DNA of 63,668 bases, counting the filler, from Neoconidiobolus thromboides FSU 785 (lineage: Eukaryota > Fungi > Entomophthoromycota), in NCBI GenBank assembly GCA_025603075.1. It is 6 parts of 6 records of this genome, joined end to end, with 100 filler letters (N's around TTAATTAATTAA, not from the genome) between each part and the next. Parts side by side here need not be neighbours in the genome. Positions count along the whole stretch, not along the records: positions 30,898 to 40,926 come from MU626649.1; positions 41,027 to 58,231 come from MU626582.1; 4 more parts are not named here. One strand, given 5' to 3'. The notes beneath the pieces were generated by a model, which saw nothing but the letters and a program-made list of their open reading frames with translations, was not told the DNA's origin and did not search any database. The position numbers and the translations under genes are program-made. Numbering within the stretch: the first letter of the stretch is position 1; every line of letters starts with the position of its first letter. Shown here piece by piece: positions 40,154 through 55,103 of this stretch.

Positions 40154-40822
40154 GTAGTTATTGGTAAACCATTACATTTTATATAAATATTCCCCTAATA
40201 ATTAATAAACATCCCTAAATTAAATGGCGAATTGTAAAATATTAATTATATAATATTTTAAATAGAACATTTATGTTTCTTATAATAACCAATGCTTTTT
40301 TTATATAAAAGTGTTTCTCAAAATATAAACGAAGTATGAAACAAGTGTATTGTTGTAAATAAACTTTGCTCATTTTAGATAGAAGTATAGTTTTCACAGA
40401 AAATGTGACAAGCGAATGCTTATTATATGGAAAACCCCCCCTAAAAAATAAACATTGTTTATAATATTGAGCATTTATCTCTAGCTTCTTTATCAATAAA
40501 ATTACTAAACATATCTTATTTTACTAAACGGTATTATGCTATTAGTGAAAAAGGTCTATTTGCTATATAAATCTGATTGTAAAATAGCCTAATGTATATG
40601 GCATCAAAATGGTACTATAACTGATGTTAAGTATGTGAAACCTAAAGAAGCTCAAATCATATACTAAAATTTCAAATGTTTATTCAATGATATACAAAAA
40701 ACTTAGTTCAAATATTGTAACAAACGAGTGAATAATGGATTAGTTTTAATATGTGTGTATACTTGCGGAATAGTATAAATAAAGAGAACTTGATGTCTTG
40801 ATTTTTCTATCCAATCTATAAA

Positions 40823-40926
40823 ATGAATACCTTAAAACTAGATACTTCATCTGATATTGTCATTGACACTATCTTCAGTTTCTTACCTTCAGATCAACTG
40901 TTTGATTTAAGATTTTTAAACAAAGC
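40823..40926 (+). CDS. F-box-like protein, 5' end only
   Basis: MNTLKLDTSSDIVIDTIFSFLPSDQLFDLRFLNKA runs into the contig end. Confidence 0.6.
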
Positions 40927-41026
40927 NNNNNNNNNNNNNNNNNNNNNNNNNNNNNNNNNNNNNNNNNNNNTTAATTAATTAANNNNNNNNNNNNNNNNNN
41001 NNNNNNNNNNNNNNNNNNNNNNNNNN
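40927..41026. other. Artificial contig linker
   Basis: 44N-TTAATTAATTAA-44N. Confidence 0.99.
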
Positions 41027-42615
41027 CAACAGCAGGATCACTAGGAATAGTACCATAATTGGTTAAAGGATCAAAATCATTATTTAGTGCTGGGATTTCA
41101 GCATCAGGGATACGAGAATGACATAGCCTAATCTCTTCTCTCCAATCTGTAGTTAAAACATAATATGCTTCACCAATAGCACAGTAAATCCAAGATACAA
41201 CTACGCCTACCCATAAACCTAGCAAACCAAGCTCAAACTTAATAGCCAGGTACCATCCAAGTGGGATAGAAACAAGATAACATCCACTTAATTTGAAAAA
41301 AGCACCAATACTTTGTTTTCCTTGACCTCTCAATATTGCTCCAGATAAAGTAGCAATAGAATAAAAAGTCTAAATAATTAATTGATTAAAGATTCCCAAA
41401 TTATATATACAATTATATTACCAATCCAAATGACACAACAGCTAGTATTTTATCAGCAATTAAATACACTTGCTCATCTCTTGAAAAGAACTGAATGAAA
41501 TTGGCACGGAAATAAAATAATATAAAATTGAAGAAAAGTCCAAGTACTACAGCCAATAGTAATACTACCCTGGCATTTAGTCTAGCTTTGAATAATAAAC
41601 TAGATCCTAAAAGGTTGCCTACACGAACAGAGGATCCTAAGGCTAAAGGAACTAAAATCAAAGCAAAGACTTGGTACGATACCCCAATAATAGCTTGAGC
41701 AGATAATGGTGCAGGTCCAAAATAAGAAACTAAAAATGAGATAAATTCAATGGGCCAAACAGCACCGGCAACCATAATCATACCTGGCAAGGCAATCTTC
41801 ATGAATGGAAACCAATCTTTAAAAGCTTCCTTACTGAAACCATCAAAGTAGTAGTCAGCGCCTGTTATCTTTACTGAAAAGAGTAATAGCACCAGTCGAA
41901 TTGAACCAATAATCATCATAGTAAGTGGGATTCCAATTAAACCAAGGTTTAAGCCACTAGTATCAGTAGCAAATGAAACTAAACAAATATGAATAGGCAT
42001 GACAATGATAGATATTATTAATGAAGGTTTAGTTATGCCTGTATATTAAAAAATTAGTTCATAATCATAATAAATTAAAGTGAACTGACCTTGAATCACC
42101 ATAAAACGCTTAATCACCTCAATCAAAGCTAGAAGTGGAATACAGGGGAAAAAATAAAACATGTACTTTCCAGCTAACTTTGAAATCTCTTTTTCTTGTC
42201 CTAAAAACAACAAGATGGATTCAAAATTATAACAAAAAATAAAGATGGGTATAAATAAAGCAAGGATAATAAGGATAGCTCTTTGAGCTAAGATCCCAAC
42301 CCACTTTGGATGTCTTGAAGCAGTAATTGCTTGAGACTGTAATGTTTCTAAGCCGGTCAAAGTGCCCAATAAGGGTGATAAGGCAAATATAAGAAATGTA
42401 GTCATACTTAAAGTAGATGCTGCCAACTCATAAGTTCCCAATAAACCCGCTATTCTCATATTATATATCATTGGAGAGGAGCTAAGAAATTCGTCCAAAA
42501 CAATAGGCCATGACAAATTCAAAATAAAACTTAGTTCTTTACAGGCATCTTTAACATTTAACTCAGAAGAACTATCCACTTCTTTTTGTTTTATATTCCG
42601 GTTTGTTGTTAGCAT
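41027..42615 (-). CDS. MATE-family efflux transporter, copy A (3' end off contig), 2 introns
   Basis: GLLGTYELAASTL, GLETLQSQA, ALPG, PLSAQA, SVRVGNLLG, LRGQGKQ..GA. Confidence 0.93.
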
Positions 42616-42929
42616 TATCTAAAAAAATAATTGTGAAGTAATTTGCTTTAGTTTTATATGATTATTCTTGGTCTCCAATTTTCATGGTTAGGCTTCCATT
42701 TGAAATGGGGCTAAAATACCGTATTTCCTAATTTGGTATCAATGCTAACTAAAATTTTGAATTTTATTGATGTTGATTATAAATTCATTATTGTCCCAAA
42801 CATTAGAATTCATTCAAATGCAGTTTGTTTATAATAAAGAGTAGTTTTAAGGTTTATTTTATTGGGTTGGAGGTTTATAAATCGTATTTTATCAATTAGA
42901 GTTTTAAAATTCTATCTAACACATTAATT

Positions 42930-43740
42930 TAATTCGCAATGGTTTATACATGGTATCAGAATGCATAGTAAGCCCATAGTTAGCCTTAGTAAAATTTGTT
43001 ATATAATAGTGTCATTAGCTAAAAAGAAGACAGTGGGTAAATTTCCAAGCACCAGTTTTATAAGTGCTTGTAGAGGATTATCATAAGAACAAAGACTTTC
43101 ATCTTTACTACCTAAATAGCCCGCACCATCCTTCAGATAGATGATATTGCTTCCCTTTCTAAAATGTCATGGTAACTCCATACTGTAAGCTTTATCAAGA
43201 ATAAGCTCCACATCATATTTACATGTATCACTAGTGCTAGCAGATCCTATAATAGGAAGCCAAAACGATGCTTGCGAGTTGTAGGGGCTGATTCCATTAG
43301 CAGAGATGAAAGGTGCAGTAGATTCATCACTATCTGGATGCATTATTATTGGACGCGGAATATTATCAAAGGATAGCTCAGGAAATTGTAACAATAGAGC
43401 AAAATCGCGATTTGGCTGAAAGTGCATTGCATCATCGAGATAAGATTTTGACAACGTATAATACAAAATTCTTTATTCCCTGGACAATTATCTCCAAAAT
43501 TATTTGATGAGATTCGTCAGGAATTTGAGAACTTATACATAAGGATCTATTATTCATTATTAGTTGATCATGACTTGCTCGGATATATTCAATGTTATAT
43601 GCACCATCATGACCAATAGTGAATACATCACCTTGAAAGCGATGAGAATGTTAATATTTGACAATATCATTATGCGTTTTGAAGCAGGCATATTTCCCAG
43701 TGATAATAAAGTTAAATATTAACCCAACTTGATCAATCAT
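42930..43740 (-). pseudogene. Unidentified decayed coding remnant
   Basis: GC-richer than surroundings; ATG at ~43740 and long open segments broken by isolated stops and frameshifts. Family not recognised. Confidence 0.35.
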
Positions 43741-44307
43741 TAAAAAACGTTATTATTTTATTGTAAAACAAGATTTAAATAACCGATAGCTATTTGTTGC
43801 TTTAAGTTTTTATGTTAAATGTGTATTATTTTTACTGACTCAATAAATTAGCTTTGTTATAATTTATTTTATTATCTAATAATATCTCTCAGCTATATTA
43901 AAAATTATCAGTTCTCGTTTTTGTTTTTTCGAGTTTTAACAAAAATAAACCAACAGTATAATAGTATTTGAGATTTAAGGTTTAAAAACCTTGATAAAGT
44001 TAAAAAAATGGCAAACTCATTAAGGAGAAGTGTACTCCTCAGTGTTTATATTTGAGCGATCCTTTAAACTACTTTTGATATTTTCTATATTCATATATCA
44101 TACTTTTCAAAGTTTTCAATTTAATAAGCTAAAATAAATCTATTCGATTTCACAAAGCAAATAGTAAAATGTGGCATCCCTTTTAATTATTAGTCAACTA
44201 CAGAAAACCTTTCTGTCAATATTTGATTGGCTCCAAATTTATTGAAATTTTCAAAAACTAACAAACTTCAAAGACTGAAAATTGGAAATTATCTTTTATA
44301 AATAAAA

Positions 44308-44770
44308 ATGAGTTCAGCAGTAAATATTTAAAAATCAATAATAAAATAAGAAAGAAATTTACATATGATTTTTTTTAAATAGACCCCACCACAAGGCGTA
44401 CCAAGTTCCAAACCCGATGGTTTTTCAGGTCCTCGTCGTAATATTCGGTACTTTAAATTTTGAAAAAAGAATTAAATCAAACTAACATATCTAATATAAT
44501 CATTTTATCTTCCAGTCGTAGAGCTGTAAAACAAAATGAAGATAAACCTAGCGGCCCATCTACACAAAACATGTTAAGATTATATTCTGACGATTCTCCT
44601 GGATTGAAAGTGTAAGTTGTTTATCCTATTATTCTAAAAAGAATGAAAAAATATTAAAATTGATTTTCAATTTTTTTAGTGATCCAGTAGTTGTATTAGT
44701 ATTAAGTTTAGTACTTATTGCTTCTGTATTTGCTTTACATATCTATGGAAAATTGACTAAATCAGTTTAA
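44308..44770 (+). CDS. SBH1: Sec61 translocon beta subunit, 3 introns (missed by ORF track)
   Basis: Spliced: MSSATPPQG...RRRAV...[43 protein letters not shown]. Confidence 0.95.
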
Positions 44771-45417
44771 ACAACAAAGTTCAAAGAGTGGGAATAACTA
44801 CTAGGTAGATAATAAAATGATATTTTTGTCAGTTTAATAAATATGAATTATTAATTTACATTCATTGGTATGATGTTATTATGAATTAGTTGTATTTGTT
44901 TTATAGCTTCGAGTGACAGGTTGGTATATGTTTGATTTTATTTATGTACCAAGTTTGATTAGATTTCTAATCCAGTTTAAAGTTTATAGCCATAATTATT
45001 AGTTAAGGATAGTAATATTTATAATTTTATACTTTCGTTTTATTAGATGAATGAAATAAATATGAATTCTGATCTTAACTCTTCAAAATAAGTTTAGTTA
45101 GCATTATTACATATTCTAAGAGTTCAGTAATTGTTTTAGTGCTTTAAATGACTACTATTAACTTGAGGAATCAAACAAATAAATACTACATTCACTAAAA
45201 AATTGATTACAACTTAGATTATAATTTATAATCACAACACTATTTATATAACCATTATTCAATGTTGTTTTTCAAATTTAAGCTTTTCAATAAATAATCC
45301 AATAAAATCAATTTTCTAACACTAAGTAGAATTACTCATACTAAACAAGTGCTACGTAATAGTATAAATATAGCTAAGGAATTTGTAATTTTTATTTTTT
45401 ATAAAAAACAGAAAAAA

Positions 45418-47744
45418 ATGGTAAAAACAACAAAAAACTAAATAGCTAAGAACTATAATTAATCTGTGAGTAGTTGTTAAGATTCCGTAGTGGTGAAGGT
45501 ACTTTTCGATTGGAGTTTCAAGCAGAAGAAAGTGTGTTTGAAATCATAAATAAAGTAACTTTTAAGTTTTGATTTGCTTACAAAAGATTAATTAAACTCT
45601 TAGGTCCACCAACACTTAAATTTGCCACAAGATAATGAAATTATATTCAGTAGTGATCCGAATAAAACTAATCAATTAGATCTGAATCAAAACGCTTCCA
45701 TTCAAAGCTATGGCTTAAAGTAATTATTCTTTATTTTTAAATGATTTTGTTATTAATTTAATTTCAAGACATGGTGATATGCTATATATAACTTTAAAAA
45801 ACAATAAAGAACCTACACCAATGACCAAAAAACAAATCATTGAAGACGAGATTGATAAATTATTAGATAAAGAAGATGGATTAATTAAAAGAGGAAAAGA
45901 TAGTAAATTGTAAATTTAAATTAATATAAAAAGCAAAAAAACAATAACCATATTTTTAAAAGTTGTAAGCATGCATCGAATGGGATGTGTGATTATTGTA
46001 TGCCATTAGAAGTAAGTCATTATCCATTGAAACATAAATATACTAAAATCTATTTGTTTAGCCTTATGATGCGAATTATTTAGAAGAAAAAGGGATTAAA
46101 CATTTATCTTTTCATTCTTACCTTCGACAAATATACCCAAAACATAAAAGAGGAACATCTAACTTTGATCCTTACTCAGCCCCATTAGAAGAAGAAGATT
46201 TTCAAGTTAAAGCTAAATGTAGTGGTGGTCATGCTCCTTGGCCACAAGGTATATGTACAAAATGCCAACCTAGTGCAATTACACTTCAACGACAGGTAAA
46301 ATTAAAGCCTATTAAAATGATATGATTAATCAATAATTTTAAAATTTCAATTAGACGTTTCGATTTGTTGACCATGTTGAATTTGCTTCTGCAGCAGTAG
46401 TGGACAATTTTATTCGATTTTGGAGAACCACGGGTACCCAAAGAATCGGTTATTTATTAGGAGAATACAAACCATATTTAGAAGTACCATTGGGGATCAA
46501 AGCAGTTGTAGAAGCTATTTATGAACCTGAACAAGAGAATTCTATTGATGAATTAAATATTTCATTAAATGATGAAAATGATGAAAAATTAAAACAAGCA
46601 GCTGGTTTATTTGGCTTAAACATACTAGGCATTATATATACCGATTTAGTAGATAGAGGAGATGGTAGTGGTAAAGTACTATGTAAAAGACATTTAAATT
46701 CGTACTTTTTATCTAGTCAAGAAGCCATATTTTCAGCTTCAATGCAATTAAAGTATCCTAATGTTTCTAGATATTCAAAATCAGGTCAATTTGGTTCGAA
46801 ATTTTTAACTTGTGTAGTTACTGGTATGTATAAAATTTAATTCATTATAAAACCATACAATATTAATATTAATACCTTTATATTTAATCTGTGTTTTTAT
46901 TAGGTAATCTTGAAGGAGATATTGATATTGATGCTTATCAAATATCTAATTCGGGGATGGCTATGGTACAAGCAGATATTATACAAGCTTCAGTACAACC
47001 TTCTAAAGTATTGGTATGTGAAGCTAGTCAAACTCGATATGTACCTGAAATTTTTTATAAATTTAAAAATGAATATAATGTTACTGTTAAACAAAATGCA
47101 TCCCCTTCTTTTCCGGTGGAGTATTTATTAGTTAATGTAAGGAATATAAAGCTACAAAGTTATTGATTAAAAATAGAAATAATTGATTGTTAGGTATCTC
47201 ATGGATTCCCATCCTCTCCTGAGCCTATGTTTAAAAATATGGAATCGTTTGCAATTGAGAATCGAGTATTTGAAAAAGGGGATATTAATATTTTGAAAAA
47301 AAGAATGGAAGATTATTCCTTACCTCAAGCATTATCAGATTTTCATTTTTTATTATTTTTAAAATATAAAGAAGTTTTATCAAAGGTAAATATTAATAAT
47401 TCTATTAACAGTTTATAAATTAATTGATATTCTATATTGTATTAGGATGAGTTAGATTTAACTATCAATTTAGCTACCAAATATGATGATGATGATTTTG
47501 ATGCAGATTCAGCTTATCAAATGTTGACTCAATCCAATGGTTGGTTAACTGTTTTAGCTTTGTTGGAACATAATGAAGGTAAATTTATTACTATTATTAT
47601 TTAATTTTGTATTAATAGTTAATATTAGAATCCATTGAAGAATCTGGTCAGTCTAGTAGTAGTACATGGGCATGTAGACATTGTACATTTATTAATTCAT
47701 CTGATCAAACAGATTGTGAAATGTGTTCACTTCCTAAAGATTAA
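45418..47744 (+). CDS. NPL4: Npl4 (Cdc48-Ufd1-Npl4 cofactor) with C-terminal NZF finger, multi-exon
   Basis: [66 protein letters not shown]; ends [17 protein letters not shown]. Confidence 0.96.
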
Positions 47745-47903
47745 ATATTATATTAAAATAATAATGGTTAATAAAATTTATAAATTATAAAGTTAAAATA
47801 AGAGATATAAATATAATGTACTTTTAAACATTTGAAATTCTATATTTTATTATTAAACATAAAAAAGTCATATATTTATAACATGTAATTATAATATAGT
47901 TAA

Positions 47904-50531
47904 TTATTTGTTACGTTTACTTGTTTGTTTAAATTGTTGAGCTTTACGTTTAACCTAAAATTGGATAAATAATATAATTTCAATGAATAAAATAAATAAA
48001 ACTTACTGCGCTAATTAAATTATTGATTTCTTTAGCTTCATTTTTAATTGGTTGATCTTGGATCTTATCCTCTATAATATTATCTTCCTTATTAGCTAAC
48101 CTACGTTGTCTTTCACTTAAAATATCTTTCATTGCCTTGGTTGGTTTAAATTGAGGATGAGTAGGATCGATTGCAAAATGGTGAGATTCATGAACTTGTT
48201 TAAATCGATCATCCGTGACATCCATTTTAAAATTATCTTGAATAAGTTCTGTATCGACCTTTGATTTCCTTTTTTTATTTCCAGATTTTTGTTTTTCTGC
48301 TTTAATAATTTGTTTAATATCAAAATGTTGTTGAATATTGTCTTCTCCTTCGTCCATTAATACCAATTCTAGTTCTGCCTTTCTAGCTTCTTCTTCTTCT
48401 CTAAGCTCTTTCTTAGATTTGGGTTGAGATTCAGATTCATCTATTTATGTTGACATTAGCTAATTATTTATTTAATATATTCTATTATTCTATTTTACCT
48501 ATTTTGATTTGTTTCTTTTCTAATTTAGCTGCTTTCTTTTTTGCAATCCTTTCCCTTTCTTTACGTAAATATTTTTCAACCGTAGTTTCCTAAATAAAAT
48601 AAAATAAAATCAATATAAATTCAACATTACATTTTGTTAAAACTACTTGTTGAACTTGGTCTTCTTCCATTTCTTCAACCTCAGATTCTGACTTTTCATC
48701 TTTCTCTTCTTTCAATCCAGGATTAAAAGTAATTTCCATTTCTCCATCGTTATCACTATCCTCATCAGTATTCTTTTCCTCATCTTCACTATTTCCATTT
48801 TTGATTAAATCCAAATATTTTTGTCTTAATTTACTCTTTTCTTCCTCTGGTTCATCATCAGAAGAAGCTAAAAAGGCATCAAAATTTAAATTATCAATTT
48901 CTTGTTCTGTAAAACTTTTCTGTAACATTTGAATACGTTCAGGTTCATCTTGGTCCCAAGTTAAACTTACTTTGCTATTGGTTAAGGCCTAAAGAGTAAG
49001 AAATTTAATACAATTTATGAGTTATGAAAATAAGTTTTTAAAAGATTTACTTTAGTTACAAATGGGGTAGATTTGTAATTGATATCTTCCTCATAAGTGA
49101 TTTCTCTAATAAAAAAGTAAAAAATATTAATATCTTAATTAATTGTGTATGTATTTATTTAAATTTACCTTGGTTTATCATCAAAAGTCATTTCATCCGG
49201 TATAAATCTTAAATCAAAAAAATTAGCAGTTGATTCATATTCATCCCCATCGCAAGAATCGTAAATTTTTTTAGCTGTTTTTATAGAATCACATTCAACT
49301 ACAGCATAGTAATATCTAGTTAAAATAAATACATTAATAATCATTAGTATTGATGAATATAAATATATGTAGCTATTATATGTAACATATAATAATAATT
49401 TTTATTATCGTTTTGAACTTACTTTAATCTTTCTAATTGATATTTTCTCAAATTTTCTTGATTAAATTCATCCCCATCATCTTCTTGGATTATATTATCT
49501 TTATCTTCTTCATCATCATCTTCTTCATTACTATCTTCTTCATCTTCTTTAATATCAAAAATATCTTTTGGTGGTCCATATTTATTTTCCTATTTTATAA
49601 GAACAAGGATAAGAATAAGAACAACAATAATAAAATATACTTATTCAGTACTTATATTTATATTTATATTTAATGATAAACTATAAACTTACATGTTCAA
49701 TTCTTTCTTTACCAAATTCACTTGGATAAATAGCAATTGATTTAATCATACCCCCCTCCGGTTTAAAACTATTAAATACTTTAAACAAATCTTTACACTA
49801 ATAAATAAAAAGAACTAAATTAAATAAAAAATAAGATTAGCTCAATGTCTTACTCTAATATTATCCCAATCCATATTCATACAAGCAAATCTACAAGTTT
49901 CATCACCTCTAGGTACCTAATAATTATTATTAACTAAATACAAATTTTCATATGATTTTTATAAAAATATCACTTGCTCCACTTGTTCCTCGACTTCCAT
50001 TTCTTCATCATATTCTTCTTCTGTAGATTCTCCTTCATCTTCATCTTCTTCACTATCACTACCTAACAATACCTCTCCTCTCGAACGTGCAAAAATTAAT
50101 TCCTTCTTCTCTTCTTCATCCAACTCTTCGTCTTCAGAATTAGATTCATCTTCGTCTTCGGATTCACTCAATTGATAGAATTTACTTAATTCTTCTTTAG
50201 CATCAACTTTTACTTTTCGACCATATTTATCGACTTTGGCTATTTAAAAAGACAGATATTAGTTTATTTGTTTCTTTGATTATTCCTATTCGATTTTTCT
50301 CTGTTTTTATTTCCCATTAATTATAAACTTAAATTTACCATCCGATTGAAATTCCATCCCTTTTTTTAACATGGATTTAAATCGAGTATCCACTTTAATT
50401 TTGTTGTTATTTAATTTGGGTTGATTAAATCGTGGATCATGATGGACTTTGCTAAATCGCTCATCATCAATTACTTCGGCTGGAACAGAGTTTTTTTCAT
50501 TCTTTTTATTTTGACGATTTCTTTTTCCCAT
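47904..50531 (-). CDS. ESF1: Pre-rRNA processing protein Esf1, multi-exon
   Basis: [60 protein letters not shown]153 [16 protein letters not shown]. Confidence 0.95.
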
Positions 50532-50753
50532 TTTTAAAACTTTAAAATTGTAAAAAGGGGAGGTTTTAATATTTTCGAAAAAAAAATTGGAAATAAAATT
50601 CAAGTTTTTATCTATTCTTAAAAATGGTTTTTAAGAATAAAAAATTAAATCTAAATAAAGCGATTAAATTAAAGCTTAATTTTTTTGTAAAATATTTTAT
50701 TATTCAAAATAACAATAAAACTCCCTATAATATTATAATACACCTAAACTTCA

Positions 50754-53700
50754 TTAAACTATATCCAACTCTACTAAAGGATAGCAAGTCATAACTCCAA
50801 ATAAGGATTTGATATTCTCAGCAATTTCATCCAATTCATCAATTAGATCATCTAATACTACAACAAAGGCATAGTAAACAATGTGATGACTGTCTTCTTT
50901 AAACAGCACTCTATTTCTTACAACAGCTAATTCTCTTAATGCTAAGACCAATCTTTTTCTTGCTTGATGAGCTGGAGGAAGATAAGGAGGTAATGGGGTT
51001 TTTAATACTAATGTGGATGCTAAGATATGGAATTGTAATATCATACAACCTACTAAATCTTTTCGATATTTATTTAAGGGTAGTACAAAATCTTCTCTCA
51101 CTTTGCTTTGCCATTCTTTATGAGTTATTACTATTCTCATAGCTACAAATTTATCTAATAAAATTTGACTAGAAGTTAACATTTTTTTATATGTGGAGGT
51201 TGGGAAGGGTCCTTTTAGTCTAGGTTCATGAGCAGTGTTGGGAAGTAAGGCTATTAATTCTAATAAATCGCGTTGTAATTTTAGTTCTAAGTCTAAGAAA
51301 TCAGAAAGATCATTTAAATATTCGCTATCTTCATTAGCCAAATTGGGGTTTTGTAATAACTTGTTATTGTTATTGTTGCTTTCTTTCCTTGAGCGTGGTT
51401 TTGAATACATTTCTACCAATTTCATATATAATTTAGATAAATTTAAGAAAAAGGCACTCAATCCCAATCTTAATTCTTTACGTGCTTCATATGGAAATAT
51501 AAAAAAACAAAAGATTAAACCAATAAATACACCTGCTGTTACTGAAGCTGCTCTAATAAAAGCATATTCTTCAAATGAAAACTCAACATCGTGTCGATTT
51601 GCATAAGTAGTTAATACAATTAAATTATAACTTAATAGTGTAAATTGACCAAATTTAGGGATCGATGTAGCTACAAAAATATATAAACATGGAATAGCTA
51701 CTACGGATGATATAATTGTTAACGAAATGACATCATGTGTAAATATAGCATATACAATATATGCTATTACAGATCCTAATACAGTTCCTGATAATCGATA
51801 AATCCCATAGATATTAGAAGCACCTATAGTAGGTGACATAACTAAGTTTAAAGTAATTAATGTCCATCCTATCCGCCAATTTTTACACAATTCTTTATAA
51901 CCTAAAACATATATTGGAGAAGATACTAATAAAGCAGCAATTGAAGATTTTAATGCAAATATAATACGATAGTCTCTTAAACTCATTAAAAAATACCAAA
52001 GATTAGCACGAAATGTTTGGTACTTCGTTTTTGGAGATGGATAATGTAATGGCCTTTCAATAGGATCACTGTCTTGATCGGTTGTTATTTCTTTATCTTG
52101 TTTTTTTATTGTATTCGTTAATTTATCAAATGTATGTTTTGTATTATCATAAACAATAGTGACAATAGCCATTAATTGAGATTTTAAATTCATAAACCAA
52201 CCAGCTCTATTTAAATTAGGGAAATTAACCATTTGTTCAAAAGAATCAATTGTTAATATTAATTCATTAGCAAATTCTTCTAATGCAAATACAAAAAAAT
52301 AAACTAAAAATATTTCTTCTGTTGGTCTACCATCATAAGAAGTCCTTTTATATAAAGAACAAATTGCATGGGATTGAGCTTCATCAAATAATTCTAGTGC
52401 ATTTCTTATATTTAATTTTAATTGTTCAATTGAGATTGTTTCATTATTATCTATATCGTCCATTGAATTCCAATAATAAATAGCAGGTAAATCTTTCTTT
52501 TTATCTAATGTTTTAATAACGTTAATTAAATGACTAATTGCCTGTTTACATGTAAATGTTAATGCTTTTGTAGGCGGTCCAATAAATTTTAAAAAATTAC
52601 AAAAAGTATCTAAATTAGGCTCTAATATTAAATCATCATCGCCTTCATTATTCTTATCTTTAGTATTACTGCTCTTATTAGCTGTTGTAGTAGTTGTATC
52701 CTTTTTATTTTTATTTTCATTAAATATTGAACTATGTTTACTGAATCTACGTAATTTAGATTTATCCTTTAAATTTTTAATATAATCCAAATTAACATCA
52801 ATTCCACACATTTCTAATATTTCTTTTTGAGCATCAATACCTGAACTTAATCCACCTAATTTTTGACCTAATCGATTTAACCTATCAACTACTTTCCCCA
52901 TTGTAAAATATTTTTCTTGTTCTAAATGAAATTCCCAATAAGAGGCATTATACCTTTGTTTTAATGTTAAAAAATAACCTCGATTTTTAGTCATTAAATC
53001 TTCAATTTGATTAGGGCTAAAATCTTTGATTTCTTCTAACAAAAAGGTTTTAACTATTGTCGATAAACCAGTTTTAAAAGATTCTAATGAGGTCACCATG
53101 TCAGCCCTAATAAACATCACGCTTAATATAAAAACAAATTTCAATATTTAATTTTACCTCAATTTGTCCGCTTCCCATCTTGGCCAAAGTTGAGTACAGA
53201 TGATAAAATTGAGTAAAATACCTGAAGAAAGTGTTTTTGCTAAATCATAAATTTTAAATGGATTTACAGTATCTCCAACAAATGGTGTATAATTAACTAA
53301 AACGATATAAATAAATATAAAAGCATTAGGGATACCTAAAATAAATTCTCATTAATCTCTATCTTTTAAAAATAACATATTCAGAACTTACATTTCCCAA
53401 CGGTAGGTTTAGGATATTTTGCCTTAATATAAGCCAAGATAAAAGAAGCCCCACCAATAAACAATAACCAAGTGGTTATATCAGCCACCATATATAGTTT
53501 ATAACTATTCCAAAATGCCATATTACAAAGGGAAAGGTAGCTTACAACTAAACCAAATAACACAAACATCACACCATAGGCCATACTTTCTATAAATTGT
53601 CCAATGGATTGTCCTGGGTTTAAGAAAAAACAGGAGATAGCTGCCATATGTGAGGAGGTTCCTATTAACCCTCTGAAGTAAGGTATAAAGGTGAGTAATG

Positions 53701-54616
53701 AACCTATGAAATAAGCTAAGCTTGATTTGATCACTTTTTTTTGAGTCAAGGTAAAATCGGGTAAAAAACTGTAAAAATAATCCATAGCAGTAGTGGTACC
53801 AGGTTCACTGATATTATTGTTATTTAAAATTGGTAATGTTTCGGATACTTCAGGTATTTGATTTAAGCTACTTTTATGCTTATTTATTTTGGTTTTGCTG
53901 TTAGATAACAAAGGGTTGATATCACTGTTAAAAAATGATTAAACTTTAATAAATTTTTTATCACTTTATAACAAATTGACTTACTTTAACTCTTCGAAAT
54001 TGCTCGAAAGCGAAACTGTTCTCTTTTGTTTTGTACCATCCGCCAAAATAACATCATATTCGGATATTTTGGACTTAAAAGTGCCATAAGAACTCATATC
54101 TGATTCTGGGCTCATCATTCCTCCGCCAGGCTGTATAAAAGACTCTGATAAAATAGTTTTTGATTTTTTAGCAAAATAATCTTCTTCTCTACCAAATAAA
54201 GCAGAATATCGGATTGAATTATTAAGATTATAATTATCGGGATATCTATCCTGAAACTTTATATATGCATCATTGGCGTCTGCTGCAACTGTATAATTTG
54301 ATTCAGGCTCAAGATTCCAATCTTTGGATTTCGCTCTTGATTTTAATGAACTATAATTATTCGGTAAGGAACTCGAAAAATTTAACGGAAAGAGATCGCT
54401 TGATTGTATTATTTGTTCAGGCTCTTCGCTAAAATGAATTGAACGGACGTCCTTTGGTTTTCTTTCTACCTCCGGTTCTTCAATCAAGTCAACGGAATTG
54501 GTGCCTTGGAAATATAAGTGATGTTTGGAGATGAAAATTTAATGTTTACCATCTGCTTCTAAAATAGTATCTTTATCCCCTTGCTCATCGCCCTTATCTC
54601 CTTCATGACCAGCCAT
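50754..54616 (-). CDS. FUSC_2/ArAE-type multipass membrane protein (Bre4/YGL140C-like), multi-exon
   Basis: KSSLAYFIGS..TFIP N-terminal TM block; FALKSSIA..W.LITLNLVMSPTIGAS...RLSGTVLG; HEPRLKGPFP; PLPPYLPPA. Confidence 0.8.
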
Positions 54617-55103
54617 TTATGTTATACAAATAGATAAAAAATTAAAAAATTTAATATAGTTCTTATCATTTTTTATTCTTTTGTAAATTCAAGTGATGTT
54701 GTAATTTCTCCAGTTTCCCACACCTTTTTCATCTTTACAGTTTTTCAATTCCAATCACATGACCCTAAAATTAAAACTATAATTGGAATTGATCGAGTCT
54801 TATCAAAATTCTTATCAATAATAGAATGTTCCAAGTAGAGAAAATAAAGGATTTTTTAAACTTTATAACAGAAAGATGCAGATTTTGATAAGTTTAGGCT
54901 TAAACTCGTATAATTGGGTTGGAGTAATTGACATGATTGATATTTGTGTTTGTAATTTTACGCTTTTGAGATAAGAGAAAGTTGAAGTTGGATAACATAT
55001 TTAATGGTTTCTCTAATTAATCTATGTTGTTTTGAACTCATGAAAGATAACTTAATTTGGTTTATCAGAAGGTTGATGGTGACGTTTATTGATGGTATTT
55101 ATT

